A DNA stretch of 64,000 bases from an uncultured Chthonomonadaceae bacterium (lineage in GTDB: Bacteria; Armatimonadota; Chthonomonadetes; Chthonomonadales; Chthonomonadaceae). Below are positions 42,201 through 52,765 of the stretch, one piece after another; the first letter of the stretch is position 1, and the number at the start of each line of letters is the position of its first letter. The notes beneath the pieces are model-generated. The model searched no databases, was not told the origin of the DNA, and saw only the letters and a program-made list of their open reading frames with translations. Location: assembly GCA_963835065.1 (NCBI GenBank), contig CAWIEK010000060.1, positions 32,001 through 96,000 on the forward strand, given 5' to 3'. A program made the position numbers and the translations under genes.

Positions 42201-43149
42201 CAATACAAGTGAAGTGGTGCAGACGCTTTACGGCGACAATCCACTGATAAAATTAATCGTCAAGCCGAACGGCGGCAAAGCGTCCGCCTTGAATCAAGGC
42301 TTGACGGTGGCGACAGGCGACATCATGGTGTCGCTGGACGCGGATACCCTGTTTACCGCCGATACTATCGGGCGGCTTGCGCGGCACTTCATCAACCCGA
42401 AAGTGGGCGCGGTGTCGGGCAACGTGCGCGTGGGCAACACCAACAACATCTGGACGCGCTGGCAGGCCATTGAGTACACGACGAGCCAGAATTTTGACCG
42501 GCGCGGCTATGACCTGCTGAACTGCATCACGGTTGTACCCGGCGCAGTGGGAGCCATGCGGCGCGAGGCCGTGCTTGAGGTCGGCGGGTATACGCACGAC
42601 ACGCTTGCCGAAGACACCGACCTGACATGGAAACTGCGGCGTTCCGGCTGGCGTATCGTCAACGACAACACCGCAATGGCGTACACCGAAGCGCCCGAAT
42701 CGCTGAAGAATCTCGCAAAGCAGCGTTTCCGGTGGGCGTTCGGAACCCTGCAATGCCTGTGGAAGCACCGGGGCGCGTTGGGACAGCACGGCGCGTTCGG
42801 CTGGCTGGCCCTGCCCTCCCTATGGGTGTACCAGATATTGTTCCCGGCCATTTCGCCGTTCATGGACATCGGTATGGTCTGGTCGCTGTGCGCGGGCAAC
42901 GGGGCCAAGTTCGCGCAGTTTTATGTCGCCATGTTCGCGCTGGAGTTTACCGCCGCGCTGATCGCCCTGCGCATGGACCGGGGCAACCTGCGGCTTTTGC
43001 CCTGGCTGTTCTTCCAGCGGTTCTTGTACCGACAGTTGATGTACTACGTCGTCCTCCGCGCCCTGTGGTCGGCTCTGCGCGGCAACGCGGTGGGCTGGAA
43101 CAAATTCGAGCGCACGGGCACGGCGCGGGTGGAAACCAAAACGGCGTAG
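39283..43149 (+). CDS. Trifunctional GH18-like / CE4 deacetylase / GT2 exopolysaccharide synthase
   Basis: GVNIDFE, MFYDEH (GH18-like); LTFDDGPD, GNHTWDH, LLHDAGG (CE4); AAYNEE, DDGSKD, LDAD, AEDTD, QRFRW (GT2). Confidence 0.92.
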   Translation: MMNDEYSEQKNDERGVINDEQNTNSNSSLITHHSSLPTLPVFYDEQKLRWPWLKRMAVVGGLVGILAAVVLAVSVFAPALLPRNPLPRATTVREIGNQDPILSHFEQRPHLAQTNPPMTRLQRRQLGVKFTRDRQKLEAYTRREQSKAAENARRAQAFLQQWPNQIKGQGLTAGGVMPFGYEDEGNREQGTGNRKEEEKKRREEKAQHPTPDTRHPTPVVAAFYVNWEETSWASAQHNMAHLTHFLPEWLHLKQKGADVGSSNPKTLPFLDARDDKDKTDVVNLAHSNSVPIVVLLNNYTRPKNEEEGEGKWDTDAVHALVSDPKARRNFARQMRDWLLANKLQGVNIDFEEVAEQDRDGLTLFMRELYTALHPAKLLVTQDVQVEGGAYDFPGLAKWNDWLVPMFYDEHESSSGPGAIAGIDWTHKHLDALLSQVDPSKVVMAVGQQGYDWTKGVAGTESLRYQTAVVTAKESYDGKGMDGVIRMDPASLNPMFTYSEDTLDKNNQARQEEHTVWMQDAASVYNQLLLARPHGIRGAALWMLGAEDPTIWSYYDKNLWNGDWKQIVAGGALNTISYGGTGEIDFTAEGELLQPVAEPTSGQRTITQDPKTGMITAEAYKIDPITNRPLMPSSYIVRRYGGKTGNPAKQIVLTFDDGPDPTYTPQILDILKRYHVPAAFFVVGKMAEANPNIVRRMWDEGHEIGNHTWDHRDLAELTPTHQQIELTATERVIQALTGHSTTLFRPPYGNDVEPTTGAEVRPLDLAAQMNYLTVGQKIDPLDWALYKFKPGTEAFDYTQPKTAQDIVNGVWAEKDQGSIVLLHDAGGDRTHTVAALPQIIEKLRAGGYTFVSVSQLSGIPREKLMPPITGKDIYLAGGDRMTFEAAYLFQITLTTLFMLSIVLGTSRVLLFVGLALIQRQREKKRVFPVGFTPSVSVIIAAYNEEKVIGRTIQALLDSGYPNLEIIVVDDGSKDNTSEVVQTLYGDNPLIKLIVKPNGGKASALNQGLTVATGDIMVSLDADTLFTADTIGRLARHFINPKVGAVSGNVRVGNTNNIWTRWQAIEYTTSQNFDRRGYDLLNCITVVPGAVGAMRREAVLEVGGYTHDTLAEDTDLTWKLRRSGWRIVNDNTAMAYTEAPESLKNLAKQRFRWAFGTLQCLWKHRGALGQHGAFGWLALPSLWVYQILFPAISPFMDIGMVWSLCAGNGAKFAQFYVAMFALEFTAALIALRMDRGNLRLLPWLFFQRFLYRQLMYYVVLRALWSALRGNAVGWNKFERTGTARVETKTA

Positions 43150-43278
43150 GGGATGTTGAACCACCAAGAAATACAAAGAAGACATAAACCACGGGGAACA
43201 CGGGGGACACGGGGAGGATAAGGGGAAAGCAGGGCTATGCGTTAGTCCTGCTTTCTTCTTTATCTCATAAATAGAGGA

Positions 43279-44238
<960 letters not shown>

Positions 44239-44315
44239 AAATTTACCACCCGCTACGCTAGAGACACAGAGACACAGAGGTTTCACAGAGAAAAGAAGAA
44301 AAAGAGAGGAGAGAT

Positions 44316-44492
44316 GGGAACCGCGAAACACACGAAATAAACGAAAAAAAGAACAAAAGGGAAGTGAAAAGCATTAAAGCACTTCAGGCAGTCACTGCTC
44401 TTCTTTGCTCCCTTTGCCTCTTTGCGGTTCTTTAGTTTTGTCTTTTTTGTTTTTTCCTTTTTTCGTCTTGGTTCGTGTGTTTCGCGGTTCCC
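44316..44492. repeat. Long inverted repeat GGGAACCGCGAAACACACGAA / TTCGTGTGTTTCGCGGTTCCC
   Basis: Direct reading; a single related arm also lies at ~9659-9688. Confidence 0.85.
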
Positions 44493-44516
44493 AACTCTCC
44501 TTCTTTTCTTCGCGGT

Positions 44517-46031
44517 TCAGACGGCGAGGAGTTCCAGTCGTTCGCCGCTGGTTTGCTCAACTTCGGCGTGGAGGCTGCCACCCCAACTGTCCATGGTGAC
44601 GACGGCGACGAAGTTCTGCGCATTAAGATGCCAGAGGGCTTCCGGGACGCCGAACTCTTCCAGAAAGTCCACGCCTGTTACCGCTGTGATCTTGTCGGCG
44701 TAAAACTGTGCCGCGCCGCCAATCGCGTTGAGATACACCGCGCCCGTTTCCTGCAAGCCCTGCGAGGTTTTCTTGCCCATGCCGCCCTTGCCGATGACCG
44801 CGCGGACGCCGAACTTGCGCAGAATATCGGCCTGATACGGTTCCTCGCGGATGCTGGTTGTCGGGCCTGCCGCTTTCACGTGCCAGTTGCCGTCCTCGTC
44901 CTTGAGCATGACCGGGCCACAGTGGTAAATCACCTGGCCGTTCAGGTCAACGGGCGAGTCGTGCGTGGAAAGATATTTGTGCAGGGCGTCCCGTCCCGTG
45001 TACAGCGGCCCACTCAGCATCACCACATCGCCCACATGCAATTGCCGAACATCGGCTTCGGAAAGCGGCGTGGTTAGGCGGAACTCGCGCCCGGTTGTCG
45101 GGATGCCTTCCGCTTCAGCCATGCGGGCGGGATTCTCGTCCCGGAACAGCCAACGGTTGATAGCGCCGCTTGTCGCGTCGAGATGAACGCCCAAACGCCG
45201 GTACGCCCAACAGTTATACGCGACAGAAACGAAGAAAGACGCGGGAAGCCGGTTTAATGCGCCGATTTTACAGCCGAGCAGCGTAACGCCGCCGCCGAAG
45301 CCCATGGTTCCGATGCCAAGTTGGTCGGCATGCGCCATGACGCGGGCTTCCAGTTCGGCAAGTGTAGGGTCGGGGTTGGTGTCTTCCACGTCGCGGAACA
45401 ATTGCTCTTTCGCGCCCGCGTAGCCGCTCGTGCGGTCGCCGCCGACGCACACGCCCAGAAAGCCCGCGCTGCATCCCTGCCCCTGCGCCTGCCAGATGGA
45501 GTGCAGGATGCACTTGTACACGCCTTCAATGTCGCGCCCCGCTTTGCCGACGTGTTCCAGTTCGGCGGGCAGGGAATACTGAATGTTCTTGTTTTCGCAG
45601 CCGCCCCCTTTGAGGATCAGCAAGACTTCGATCTCGTTGCGCTCCCATTGCTCGAAGTGGATAACCGGCGTTCCCGGCCCTAAGTTCAGGCCGGAATTTT
45701 TGCCCGTAATGCTGTCCACGCTGTTGGGGCGCAATTTGCCCCTCCGTGTCGCTTCGGCAACGGCTTCCTGAATGGCTTTGCGAATTTCGATCTGGTTCGT
45801 GCCGACGGGCGTATGGACATGAAACGTGGGCATGCCCGTGTCCTGGCAGATGGGCGAAACGTTGTCCTTTGCCATATCCACGTTGAGGCTGATGATTTGC
45901 AGCGCTTGCTTGGCCTGCGTATCGGGCTGTTCGCGCTTGTTGGCGCGGGCCAAAGCGCGGCGCACATCGGCGGGTAAATTCGTTGCGGTTTCCGTTATCA
46001 GTTGAATCAGGCTGTCGCGCAGTTGTTCCAT
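44517..46031 (-). CDS. Class I (Fe-S) fumarate hydratase, fused alpha/beta
   Basis: PICQDTG, KGGGCENK, YNCWAYRR, TGRDALH, AAGPTTS.R, IGKGG. Confidence 0.92.
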   Translation of the reverse strand: MEQLRDSLIQLITETATNLPADVRRALARANKREQPDTQAKQALQIISLNVDMAKDNVSPICQDTGMPTFHVHTPVGTNQIEIRKAIQEAVAEATRRGKLRPNSVDSITGKNSGLNLGPGTPVIHFEQWERNEIEVLLILKGGGCENKNIQYSLPAELEHVGKAGRDIEGVYKCILHSIWQAQGQGCSAGFLGVCVGGDRTSGYAGAKEQLFRDVEDTNPDPTLAELEARVMAHADQLGIGTMGFGGGVTLLGCKIGALNRLPASFFVSVAYNCWAYRRLGVHLDATSGAINRWLFRDENPARMAEAEGIPTTGREFRLTTPLSEADVRQLHVGDVVMLSGPLYTGRDALHKYLSTHDSPVDLNGQVIYHCGPVMLKDEDGNWHVKAAGPTTSIREEPYQADILRKFGVRAVIGKGGMGKKTSQGLQETGAVYLNAIGGAAQFYADKITAVTGVDFLEEFGVPEALWHLNAQNFVAVVTMDSWGGSLHAEVEQTSGERLELLAV

Positions 46032-46430
46032 AGCTATGTTTTCCTTGCGGGTTAAAGTGTTGGTTTGTACTTCTATTGTACCGCAAGGCCGTTGATTCAG
46101 GCGGCAAAGTTTAGCGGCAGCAGTGGGCTGTGTGGCAATGCCGTTTCCTGTTTGCCCGGCGGCGCACAGCGGCGCGTAGAATGTCCATGCTGCGCCTTTT
46201 TCGGCACGATTTTTCTGCTACAGAACTTCTGCTACGAACTAATTATTAGCTGCTGCCAGTCCTACATAATGTTAAAGGGTGGGATTCTGCATCAAAAATG
46301 CGCTTTGAAAGCGCGCTTTGTGGCGGCTTCGAGGACTTCAAAGCCATGCCTTAACCATTTTTCTCTCCATTATTGTTAGCTAGCCAAACGAGATGCCGAA
46401 CAGCCCGCTTACCGTGTAGGAGATTGTCCC

Positions 46431-48797
46431 ATGCCTGAAGTTCTGAAAACTGCTTCGGACGCGAGAGGATTTACCGTCAAAGACGGACTTGCTTTCCACG
46501 AATTCTGGGGGCGCACACCGGTGGATTTGTCCTCGGATGGTCGTTTCCTCGCTTACACCACGCACAACTATCTTCAGCAGTTTCAGGAGAGCGCGGATCG
46601 CGTAGAAAACCATGTGCCCCGCGTACAGGTGGGCTGCATGGCGCATGTTCTCGACATAGAGCAGAACACTTCCCGCGTCCTGACAGAGACAGGAACCAGT
46701 TGGGGCGGACGCTGGTCGCCGGACGGAGGGCGTCTGGCCTTCTTTTCTGACCACACAGGCGAGGCGCGTCTCTGTGTCTGGCACCGGGACACCGATCATA
46801 TACAGGTCTTTTCCGAGGCCATCGTCTACGTCTTTTTCGAGTTTGAAACAGTCCGCTGGTCGCCGGATGGCAGCCGCGTCTTCTTCAAAGCGCTTGCGGT
46901 TCCACAGCGCGAAGCGCCTCCTCCGTCTACTGCGCCTGCGGAACCAGAGCAGCCTGTGCTTGCGGCATTGGAGGGGGCTGCGCCTTCAGTGCAACTCTGG
47001 GAATCACCGGCGGCCCGCAAAAAGCGGGACCCAATGGCAGAGCCGATACCGATGCGCGGCGGCGGCGCTACCGCCTTCGGCGGGGCCACGGACCTTGCGA
47101 TGGCCGATGTGCGAACGGGGTTAGTTCATCGTATACAGAGTGGCGCCAGCATCCGCAGTTTTGAAGTCTCTCCTGATGGCAGGCAGGTTGCTGTCAGCGG
47201 AAATGTTCGTTTTGAAGATATGAGCCGCGTCGAGCCAATTTTCGATCTCTGCCTGGTTCCTGTTCCGTCTGACCCGCTCCCAGCCTCACCGGAGGTCCAG
47301 ACGCCCAATCATCCTCCCTGCATAATCGGCCTTCCCCTGGGATACGGCGTTTCTTTCGCCTGGTCACCGGACAGCGCCCAGATTGCTTACACGACCGGCG
47401 GCGGCGAATCAACGGAGCCACAAGACGTTGTTGTGATAAACATACGGAGAGGCGCGTCACGCTCGCTCACGCAGCAAGCCGCCAACAGCCCGAAGGAACA
47501 GCCGTGCCGCATTGAGGTGGAGGGAACGCCCCTGCCGGGGTTCAACAACGACTACGAGCCGCCGCTCTGGACGCCCGACAGCAGGCATCTTCTCTGCGTG
47601 GGCGAGGGCGAGGTGTGGCGGTTCTCCCTGGATGGCAGCCCGCCCCAAAACCTCACGCAAGGCTTCGATAAGCGAGTCGAGATGATCCTTAGCCCGAACG
47701 TAAGCGGCACGGCTCAGACGGTGGACAGTGGCGAGGCGATTGTGGTCTTCGCTCGCGATGCCGCAAAGGGCAAATTTGGCTTCTACCGAATACCGCTGTC
47801 AGGTGGCGATGCGACCCCGTTGCTCGAAATGTCGGACTGTCTTGTTCGGGCAGATCGTTACTTTCTGGATGTTGCCGGGGAGACGGGGGCGTTCGTCTTT
47901 CATAAGGAGAGCGCGACAACGCCTCCCGACCTCTATCTGTGCGATCCGGCCACCCATGCGATGCGGCAAGTCACCTGGGTCAACCCCGCTCTGCGCGATG
48001 TCCACTTCTCCCAGCCGCAGATGCTGGAATGGAACCTGGAAGAGAACCGGACAGCGCGGGGCATTTTGCTCCTCCCGCCAACCGCGACACCCGAAGCGAA
48101 AGCGCCTCTGATTGTCTGGGGCTATCCGGGCGCTATCGTATCCGGGTACATCCACCATTTCAACCGGGCGGAGGCTTCCGTTGTATTGAACCCGGAGTAT
48201 TTTGTGGCGCATGGTTATGCCGTGCTGCACCCCGATATTCCCCTTATTGGCAACGAGCCGTTACAGGAGATCACCCATACCGTTTTGGCGGGTCTTGATG
48301 CCGCGATTGCAACCGGGATGGTGGATGGCGAGCGGCTCGGCGTCATCGGCCACAGTTACGGGGGCTATATGGTCAACTGCCTGATCACACAGACGCAGCA
48401 GTTCAAAGCGGCGGTAAGCAGCGCTCCGATTGGAAACCTGGTGAGCTTTACTCTGGGCGGCGGCGATGCTGATGGCAATGTCACAATGGGCTGGGCCGAG
48501 GGAGGACAGGGTAGAATGGGCGGCACACTGTGGGAGCAGCAAGACCGTTACATCCGCAATTCGCCCGTCTTTTATCTCGACCGCGTTGAGACGCCCCTGC
48601 TGCTAATCGCCGGAGAAGAGGATCACGGCTGTGCGCAACAGGCGGTAGAGATATTCTGCGGTCTGCGCCGCCTGGACAAAGAGGTGGTGTTGGCCCGGTA
48701 CAAAGACGGGGTGCATAGCTGGTTTTCGTGGTCGCCCCGACAGATCGAGGATTTATGGGAGCGTATGTTCGGTTGGTTTGACGCGCATCTCAGCTAA
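46431..48797 (+). CDS. S9 prolyl oligopeptidase family peptidase
   Basis: WSPDG propeller repeats; GHSYGG nucleophile; TPLLLIAGEED; GVHSW. Confidence 0.9.
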   Translation: MPEVLKTASDARGFTVKDGLAFHEFWGRTPVDLSSDGRFLAYTTHNYLQQFQESADRVENHVPRVQVGCMAHVLDIEQNTSRVLTETGTSWGGRWSPDGGRLAFFSDHTGEARLCVWHRDTDHIQVFSEAIVYVFFEFETVRWSPDGSRVFFKALAVPQREAPPPSTAPAEPEQPVLAALEGAAPSVQLWESPAARKKRDPMAEPIPMRGGGATAFGGATDLAMADVRTGLVHRIQSGASIRSFEVSPDGRQVAVSGNVRFEDMSRVEPIFDLCLVPVPSDPLPASPEVQTPNHPPCIIGLPLGYGVSFAWSPDSAQIAYTTGGGESTEPQDVVVINIRRGASRSLTQQAANSPKEQPCRIEVEGTPLPGFNNDYEPPLWTPDSRHLLCVGEGEVWRFSLDGSPPQNLTQGFDKRVEMILSPNVSGTAQTVDSGEAIVVFARDAAKGKFGFYRIPLSGGDATPLLEMSDCLVRADRYFLDVAGETGAFVFHKESATTPPDLYLCDPATHAMRQVTWVNPALRDVHFSQPQMLEWNLEENRTARGILLLPPTATPEAKAPLIVWGYPGAIVSGYIHHFNRAEASVVLNPEYFVAHGYAVLHPDIPLIGNEPLQEITHTVLAGLDAAIATGMVDGERLGVIGHSYGGYMVNCLITQTQQFKAAVSSAPIGNLVSFTLGGGDADGNVTMGWAEGGQGRMGGTLWEQQDRYIRNSPVFYLDRVETPLLLIAGEEDHGCAQQAVEIFCGLRRLDKEVVLARYKDGVHSWFSWSPRQIEDLWERMFGWFDAHLS

Positions 48798-48980
48798 AGG
48801 AACCTTCCTTGAGGTTGTGGGCGAATCCCTTTTCTTCATTTGGAGGAGCCATGCTATCCCGTTTTGACAGGCTATGTAATCTGCATCGGTTAAGGCAGAA
48901 GATTGGAGGTACATTGACTGGCTGCCGAAAATGCTGTAAAATGGCGGAAAGAATATTATACTTGCGCAGGAGTAACGCTT

Positions 48981-49226
48981 ATGACCGTCACGCTGGAATT
49001 GACAAGAGATGATGAGGAAAGACTGGCAACCGCCGCCGCTCAGGAAGGGCTGGAACCACACGATTACCTGCTGCACTTGGTGCGCCAGTTGCCGGCCTCA
49101 CGAAATAAGCGCAAATTGCAGGGATATGGAATGTTGGCCCATCTTGGCGCAACCGTCGAGGAGTTCCATCAGGAGCGGCAGAAAGACCGTGTTCGTGAAA
49201 ACCGGGCAGAGGGAGCCGAAAACTGA
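48981..49226 (+). CDS. Putative antitoxin (VapB-like)
   Basis: Small ORF MTVTLELT..RL...AAQEG immediately upstream of, and overlapping, a PIN toxin. Confidence 0.7.
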   Translation: MTVTLELTRDDEERLATAAAQEGLEPHDYLLHLVRQLPASRNKRKLQGYGMLAHLGATVEEFHQERQKDRVRENRAEGAEN

Positions 49227-49633
49227 CAGCCACCATTCACATTCTGGATGCCGGGCCGATGATTGCCTATCTGGAAGCGGAACGCGGCGGCGATGTTGTG
49301 AAAGACATGCTGGATTCTCCTGATGATTCCTGCTATGCCCATGCCGTCAACATGGCGGAAGTGCATTACCATGTGCAGCGTCGTTCGGATGAAGCAACTG
49401 CTGACAAGGCCATAGACACGTTGATTGCGGACGGTGTAACTATCTGCGAAGACATGGATATGGCTTTTTGGAAGAGCATCAGCCGCTTAAAAGCGCGAGG
49501 CAGTCTTTCCATTGCGGATTGTTTCTGCATCGCGCTTGCCCTGCGGTTGGAAGGCGAGATTGTCACGACGGATCATCACGAGTTTGACGCGCTGGTTCCC
49601 CTCGGCTTATGCCCGATACAATTCATACGCTGA
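49223..49633 (+). CDS. vapC: VapC-family PIN ribonuclease toxin
   Basis: HILDAGPMIAYL (extends upstream of ATG 49259), VNMAEV, LSIADCFCIALA, IVTTDHHEF. Confidence 0.85.
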   Translation: MTATIHILDAGPMIAYLEAERGGDVVKDMLDSPDDSCYAHAVNMAEVHYHVQRRSDEATADKAIDTLIADGVTICEDMDMAFWKSISRLKARGSLSIADCFCIALALRLEGEIVTTDHHEFDALVPLGLCPIQFIR

Positions 49634-49654
49634 TCGCAAAATGTTCCAACAATA

Positions 49655-49702
49655 GCGAAGAAGCAAGGAACGGATACAGTACCCGTTCCTTGCTTCTTTC
49701 GC
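49655..49702. terminator. Hairpin between convergent genes
   Basis: GCGAAGAAGCAAGGAACGG..CCGTTCCTTGCTTCTTTCGC. Confidence 0.65.
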
Positions 49703-49733
49703 GTAATACCATTAAAAACAGCAAAGCGAGTAA

Positions 49734-49964
49734 TCAGTTGCCGCTATCGGTGCTGGCGCTCGTACCCGATGTGCCTTTGTCCGTAGTGTTGTTCGGGTCG
49801 TTCAGCAGGTCTACGATCTGGTTGAGTTCATCTTCGCTGATCTGGTCGCCTTCCCGTTGTGAGCCGCGGGACAGGTTGGGCAGCAGGCGCTCCAGCGTTT
49901 CGGGGCTGATGTTGAGTTCCTGAGACGCTTGCTCCAATGTATACGTGCGTTTGGGTTGATTCAT
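49734..49964 (-). CDS. Small hypothetical protein with an HTH-like N-terminus
   Basis: YTLEQASQELNISPETL; GAAAGGA RBS. Confidence 0.55.
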   Translation of the reverse strand: MNQPKRTYTLEQASQELNISPETLERLLPNLSRGSQREGDQISEDELNQIVDLLNDPNNTTDKGTSGTSASTDSGN

Positions 49965-50208
49965 AAGAAATTGTCCTTTCCGGTTTGTAGGACCGCTGTG
50001 CGCGGCGAACGCGCGGGCGGCATTTGAAAGCGCGAAGTCCGCAAATTGTTGCGCGTTCCACGCTTCTCCACACTACAAGAACGCAAAAACGCCTTTCAGG
50101 TTCCCTGCAAATAGTGAATATGTTAGACCTGAAAAGCAGCATGAGAGTTAAGAGAGGGCGGGACTGAATTCGGCAGGAACCAGCATCGTCCTGCGCGAAT
50201 AATCAGTT

Positions 50209-52635
50209 ATGGAAAATAACACCAACCCCGCTCTCTCAGCAACGCCCGCGTTTACGCCGCTCACGCTGAAAGCCGTTTTTGAAGACAAGATTTTCGACGC
50301 CAAACAACTGCGTCAGCCGCATTGGATGAAGGACGGCAGGCGATTTTGTTTTCTGGACATTCTGCCCAATACCGAAATCGTCACCGTCTGGATGTACGAC
50401 GTGGATAAGGGCGAACGCGCCCCCCTGATTTTTGCCGACGCGCTGAAACAGGCGTGGAAAGCAAATACAAGTCAAGAGGCGATAGCTAACCAACAGGAAG
50501 CGAGCCAACAAGAACTAAATCAACAAGCAACAAGTCAGCAAGCCGAAGCGAGGCAGCAGGAAGCAAATCAGCAAGACGTCAGCGTCGGTCAAGAAGCAAG
50601 CGCCGGTCAAGATGGAAAAACGGACAAGGGCAAGGAAGACGCGCTTGTCATTCACGGCTACCAGTGGTCGCCGGATGAAACGCGCCTGCTGTTGGCGCGT
50701 CTGCCGCGCCCGCACGATGCAGAAGGCGATAAGGCGCTGTACATCTACACGCCTGTCGCGCAACATCTGGAATGTATCGCGCAAACCGAGCAGGAATACC
50801 GCAACGTGAAATGGTCGCCGGACGGACGCTGTTTGGGTTACGTAAAGGCGGATGACCTTTACCTGCTCGATCTGGAAACCAAAACCGAAACCCGGCTTAC
50901 CGACACGGCCTCGCCGAGCCGGTACAACGGACGCTTCGGTTGGGTGTATCAGGAAGAACTCGATCTTGTAGACGGCTGGGCATGGTCGCCGGACGGCAAG
51001 TGGATCGCGTACTGCGAGTGCGACGAAAGCGCGGTTCCCCTCGTTCCCCTCACGCGCTACGAAACCCTCCACCTCGAACCCGAACTCCAGCGCTACCCCA
51101 AAGCCGGCGACCCGAACCCTGTTGTGCGCGTCGGCTGCATCAACGTAGGGAACCGGATAAACCACGGGGAACACGGGGAACACGGGGAGGAAGAAAAGGG
51201 AGAGATACAAGATACAAGATATAAGATACAAGAAGGGCACTCCCTATCAACTATCAACTATCAACTATCAACTGAAGACTCTTCCTCCTCTGACTACCTT
51301 GCCGGATTCCATTGGACGCCGGACAATCAACTGCTGGTACAGCGGATTCCCCGGCTGCAAAATACGCTGCATTTGCTGCGTCTCGATCCGGCGACGGGCG
51401 AAAGTACGCTCCTGCTGACAGAAACGGACCCGGCGTGGGTGGATGCGCGGGGCAAGATTGTGTTTGTTGGGGAGACAGGGGAATGGCTGTGGCCTTCGGA
51501 CCGGGACGGGCACAATCACTTGTATTTATATGACCGTGATGGCGCTTTGCTACGGCAAGTGACGGCGGGGGCGTGGGATGTGGAAGCGCTGCTCGGCGTG
51601 GATGCCGAACAAAGGACAGCGTTCTTCAGCGCGGCGCGGCAGAACGTTTCTCAGCGCGAATTATGGGCTGTTTCGCTGGATGGAAGTGAACCGAAGCAAA
51701 TTTCGCAAGCAGCAGGCTTCCATCGCGCCCTGTTTGCCCCGGACGGCAAATTGTACTTGAATACCGTTTCCACGCGGGCTGCGCCGCCACATACGGATTT
51801 GCGGCAGGCGGATGGAAGCCTGATTGCGCAAATTCTGGACAATCCCCTGCCGCAGTTGGAAGCGTATCGCGCCGGAATGGGGCAGTGGGAGTTTACTTCC
51901 TTTCAAACTGCGGACGGCATGACGCTGAACGCCATGCTGCTGCGTCCGCCGGATTTCGATCCGTCGCGCAAGTATCCCGTTTTGATGTACACGTATGGCG
52001 GACCGAACTCGCAGGTGGTATTGGATACATGGGGCAGCAGGGTGGGATTAGAGCAGCTATTGGCGCAGCAAGGCTACATTCTTGCGCTTGTGGACGGGCG
52101 CGGTTCCGGGATGCGAGGGCGCGAGTTCAAGAAATGTACCTATCTAAACCTGGGCAAGTATGAAGTGGAGGATCAGATTGCGGGCGCGAAATGGCTGGCC
52201 CAATTGCCGTATGTGGATGAAGAGCGCATCGGTATCTGGGGCTGGAGTTACGGCGGCTACATGACGTGCCTGTGCCTGCTGCATATAGCGGACGTGTTCA
52301 AAGCAGGCGTGGCGGTTGCGCCCGTGACCGACTGGAAACTCTACGACAGCATTTACACGGAACGCTACATGCGCCGCCCCGAAGACAACCCGGACGGCTA
52401 CGCGCAATCTGCGCCGCTCACCCATGCCGAGCAATTAAAAGGCCGCTTCTTGCTGATGCACGGCCTGGACGACGACAATGTACACTTCCAAAACGCCGCG
52501 CAACTTGCCGCGCTGTGGCAACAGCGCAACAAGCCCTTTCAAATGATGGCCTATCCCGGCAAGCATCACGGCCTGGAAGACGTCGCGCCGCACTGGTCAC
52601 AGATGTTTACCGAGTTCATTCTGGCGAACCTGTAA
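50209..52635 (+). CDS. Dipeptidyl peptidase IV (S9B) with low-complexity and repeat insertions
   Basis: WVYQEEL, YPKAGDPNP, YGGPNSQ, GWSYGG, YDSIYTERYM, HGLDDDNVH. Confidence 0.93.
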   Translation: MENNTNPALSATPAFTPLTLKAVFEDKIFDAKQLRQPHWMKDGRRFCFLDILPNTEIVTVWMYDVDKGERAPLIFADALKQAWKANTSQEAIANQQEASQQELNQQATSQQAEARQQEANQQDVSVGQEASAGQDGKTDKGKEDALVIHGYQWSPDETRLLLARLPRPHDAEGDKALYIYTPVAQHLECIAQTEQEYRNVKWSPDGRCLGYVKADDLYLLDLETKTETRLTDTASPSRYNGRFGWVYQEELDLVDGWAWSPDGKWIAYCECDESAVPLVPLTRYETLHLEPELQRYPKAGDPNPVVRVGCINVGNRINHGEHGEHGEEEKGEIQDTRYKIQEGHSLSTINYQLSTEDSSSSDYLAGFHWTPDNQLLVQRIPRLQNTLHLLRLDPATGESTLLLTETDPAWVDARGKIVFVGETGEWLWPSDRDGHNHLYLYDRDGALLRQVTAGAWDVEALLGVDAEQRTAFFSAARQNVSQRELWAVSLDGSEPKQISQAAGFHRALFAPDGKLYLNTVSTRAAPPHTDLRQADGSLIAQILDNPLPQLEAYRAGMGQWEFTSFQTADGMTLNAMLLRPPDFDPSRKYPVLMYTYGGPNSQVVLDTWGSRVGLEQLLAQQGYILALVDGRGSGMRGREFKKCTYLNLGKYEVEDQIAGAKWLAQLPYVDEERIGIWGWSYGGYMTCLCLLHIADVFKAGVAVAPVTDWKLYDSIYTERYMRRPEDNPDGYAQSAPLTHAEQLKGRFLLMHGLDDDNVHFQNAAQLAALWQQRNKPFQMMAYPGKHHGLEDVAPHWSQMFTEFILANL

Positions 52636-52765
52636 GCGCGTTTGCGGTTCGTGTTTGTTGGGCGGTGCGGGAAATGGAATAGAGGTATAATGACGATGGC
52701 AGCCGCCACTCAACCGGAAGAAGCAGCAGAGAAAATAGCCGGTGTGCAATGCCGGGGACTCGAAA

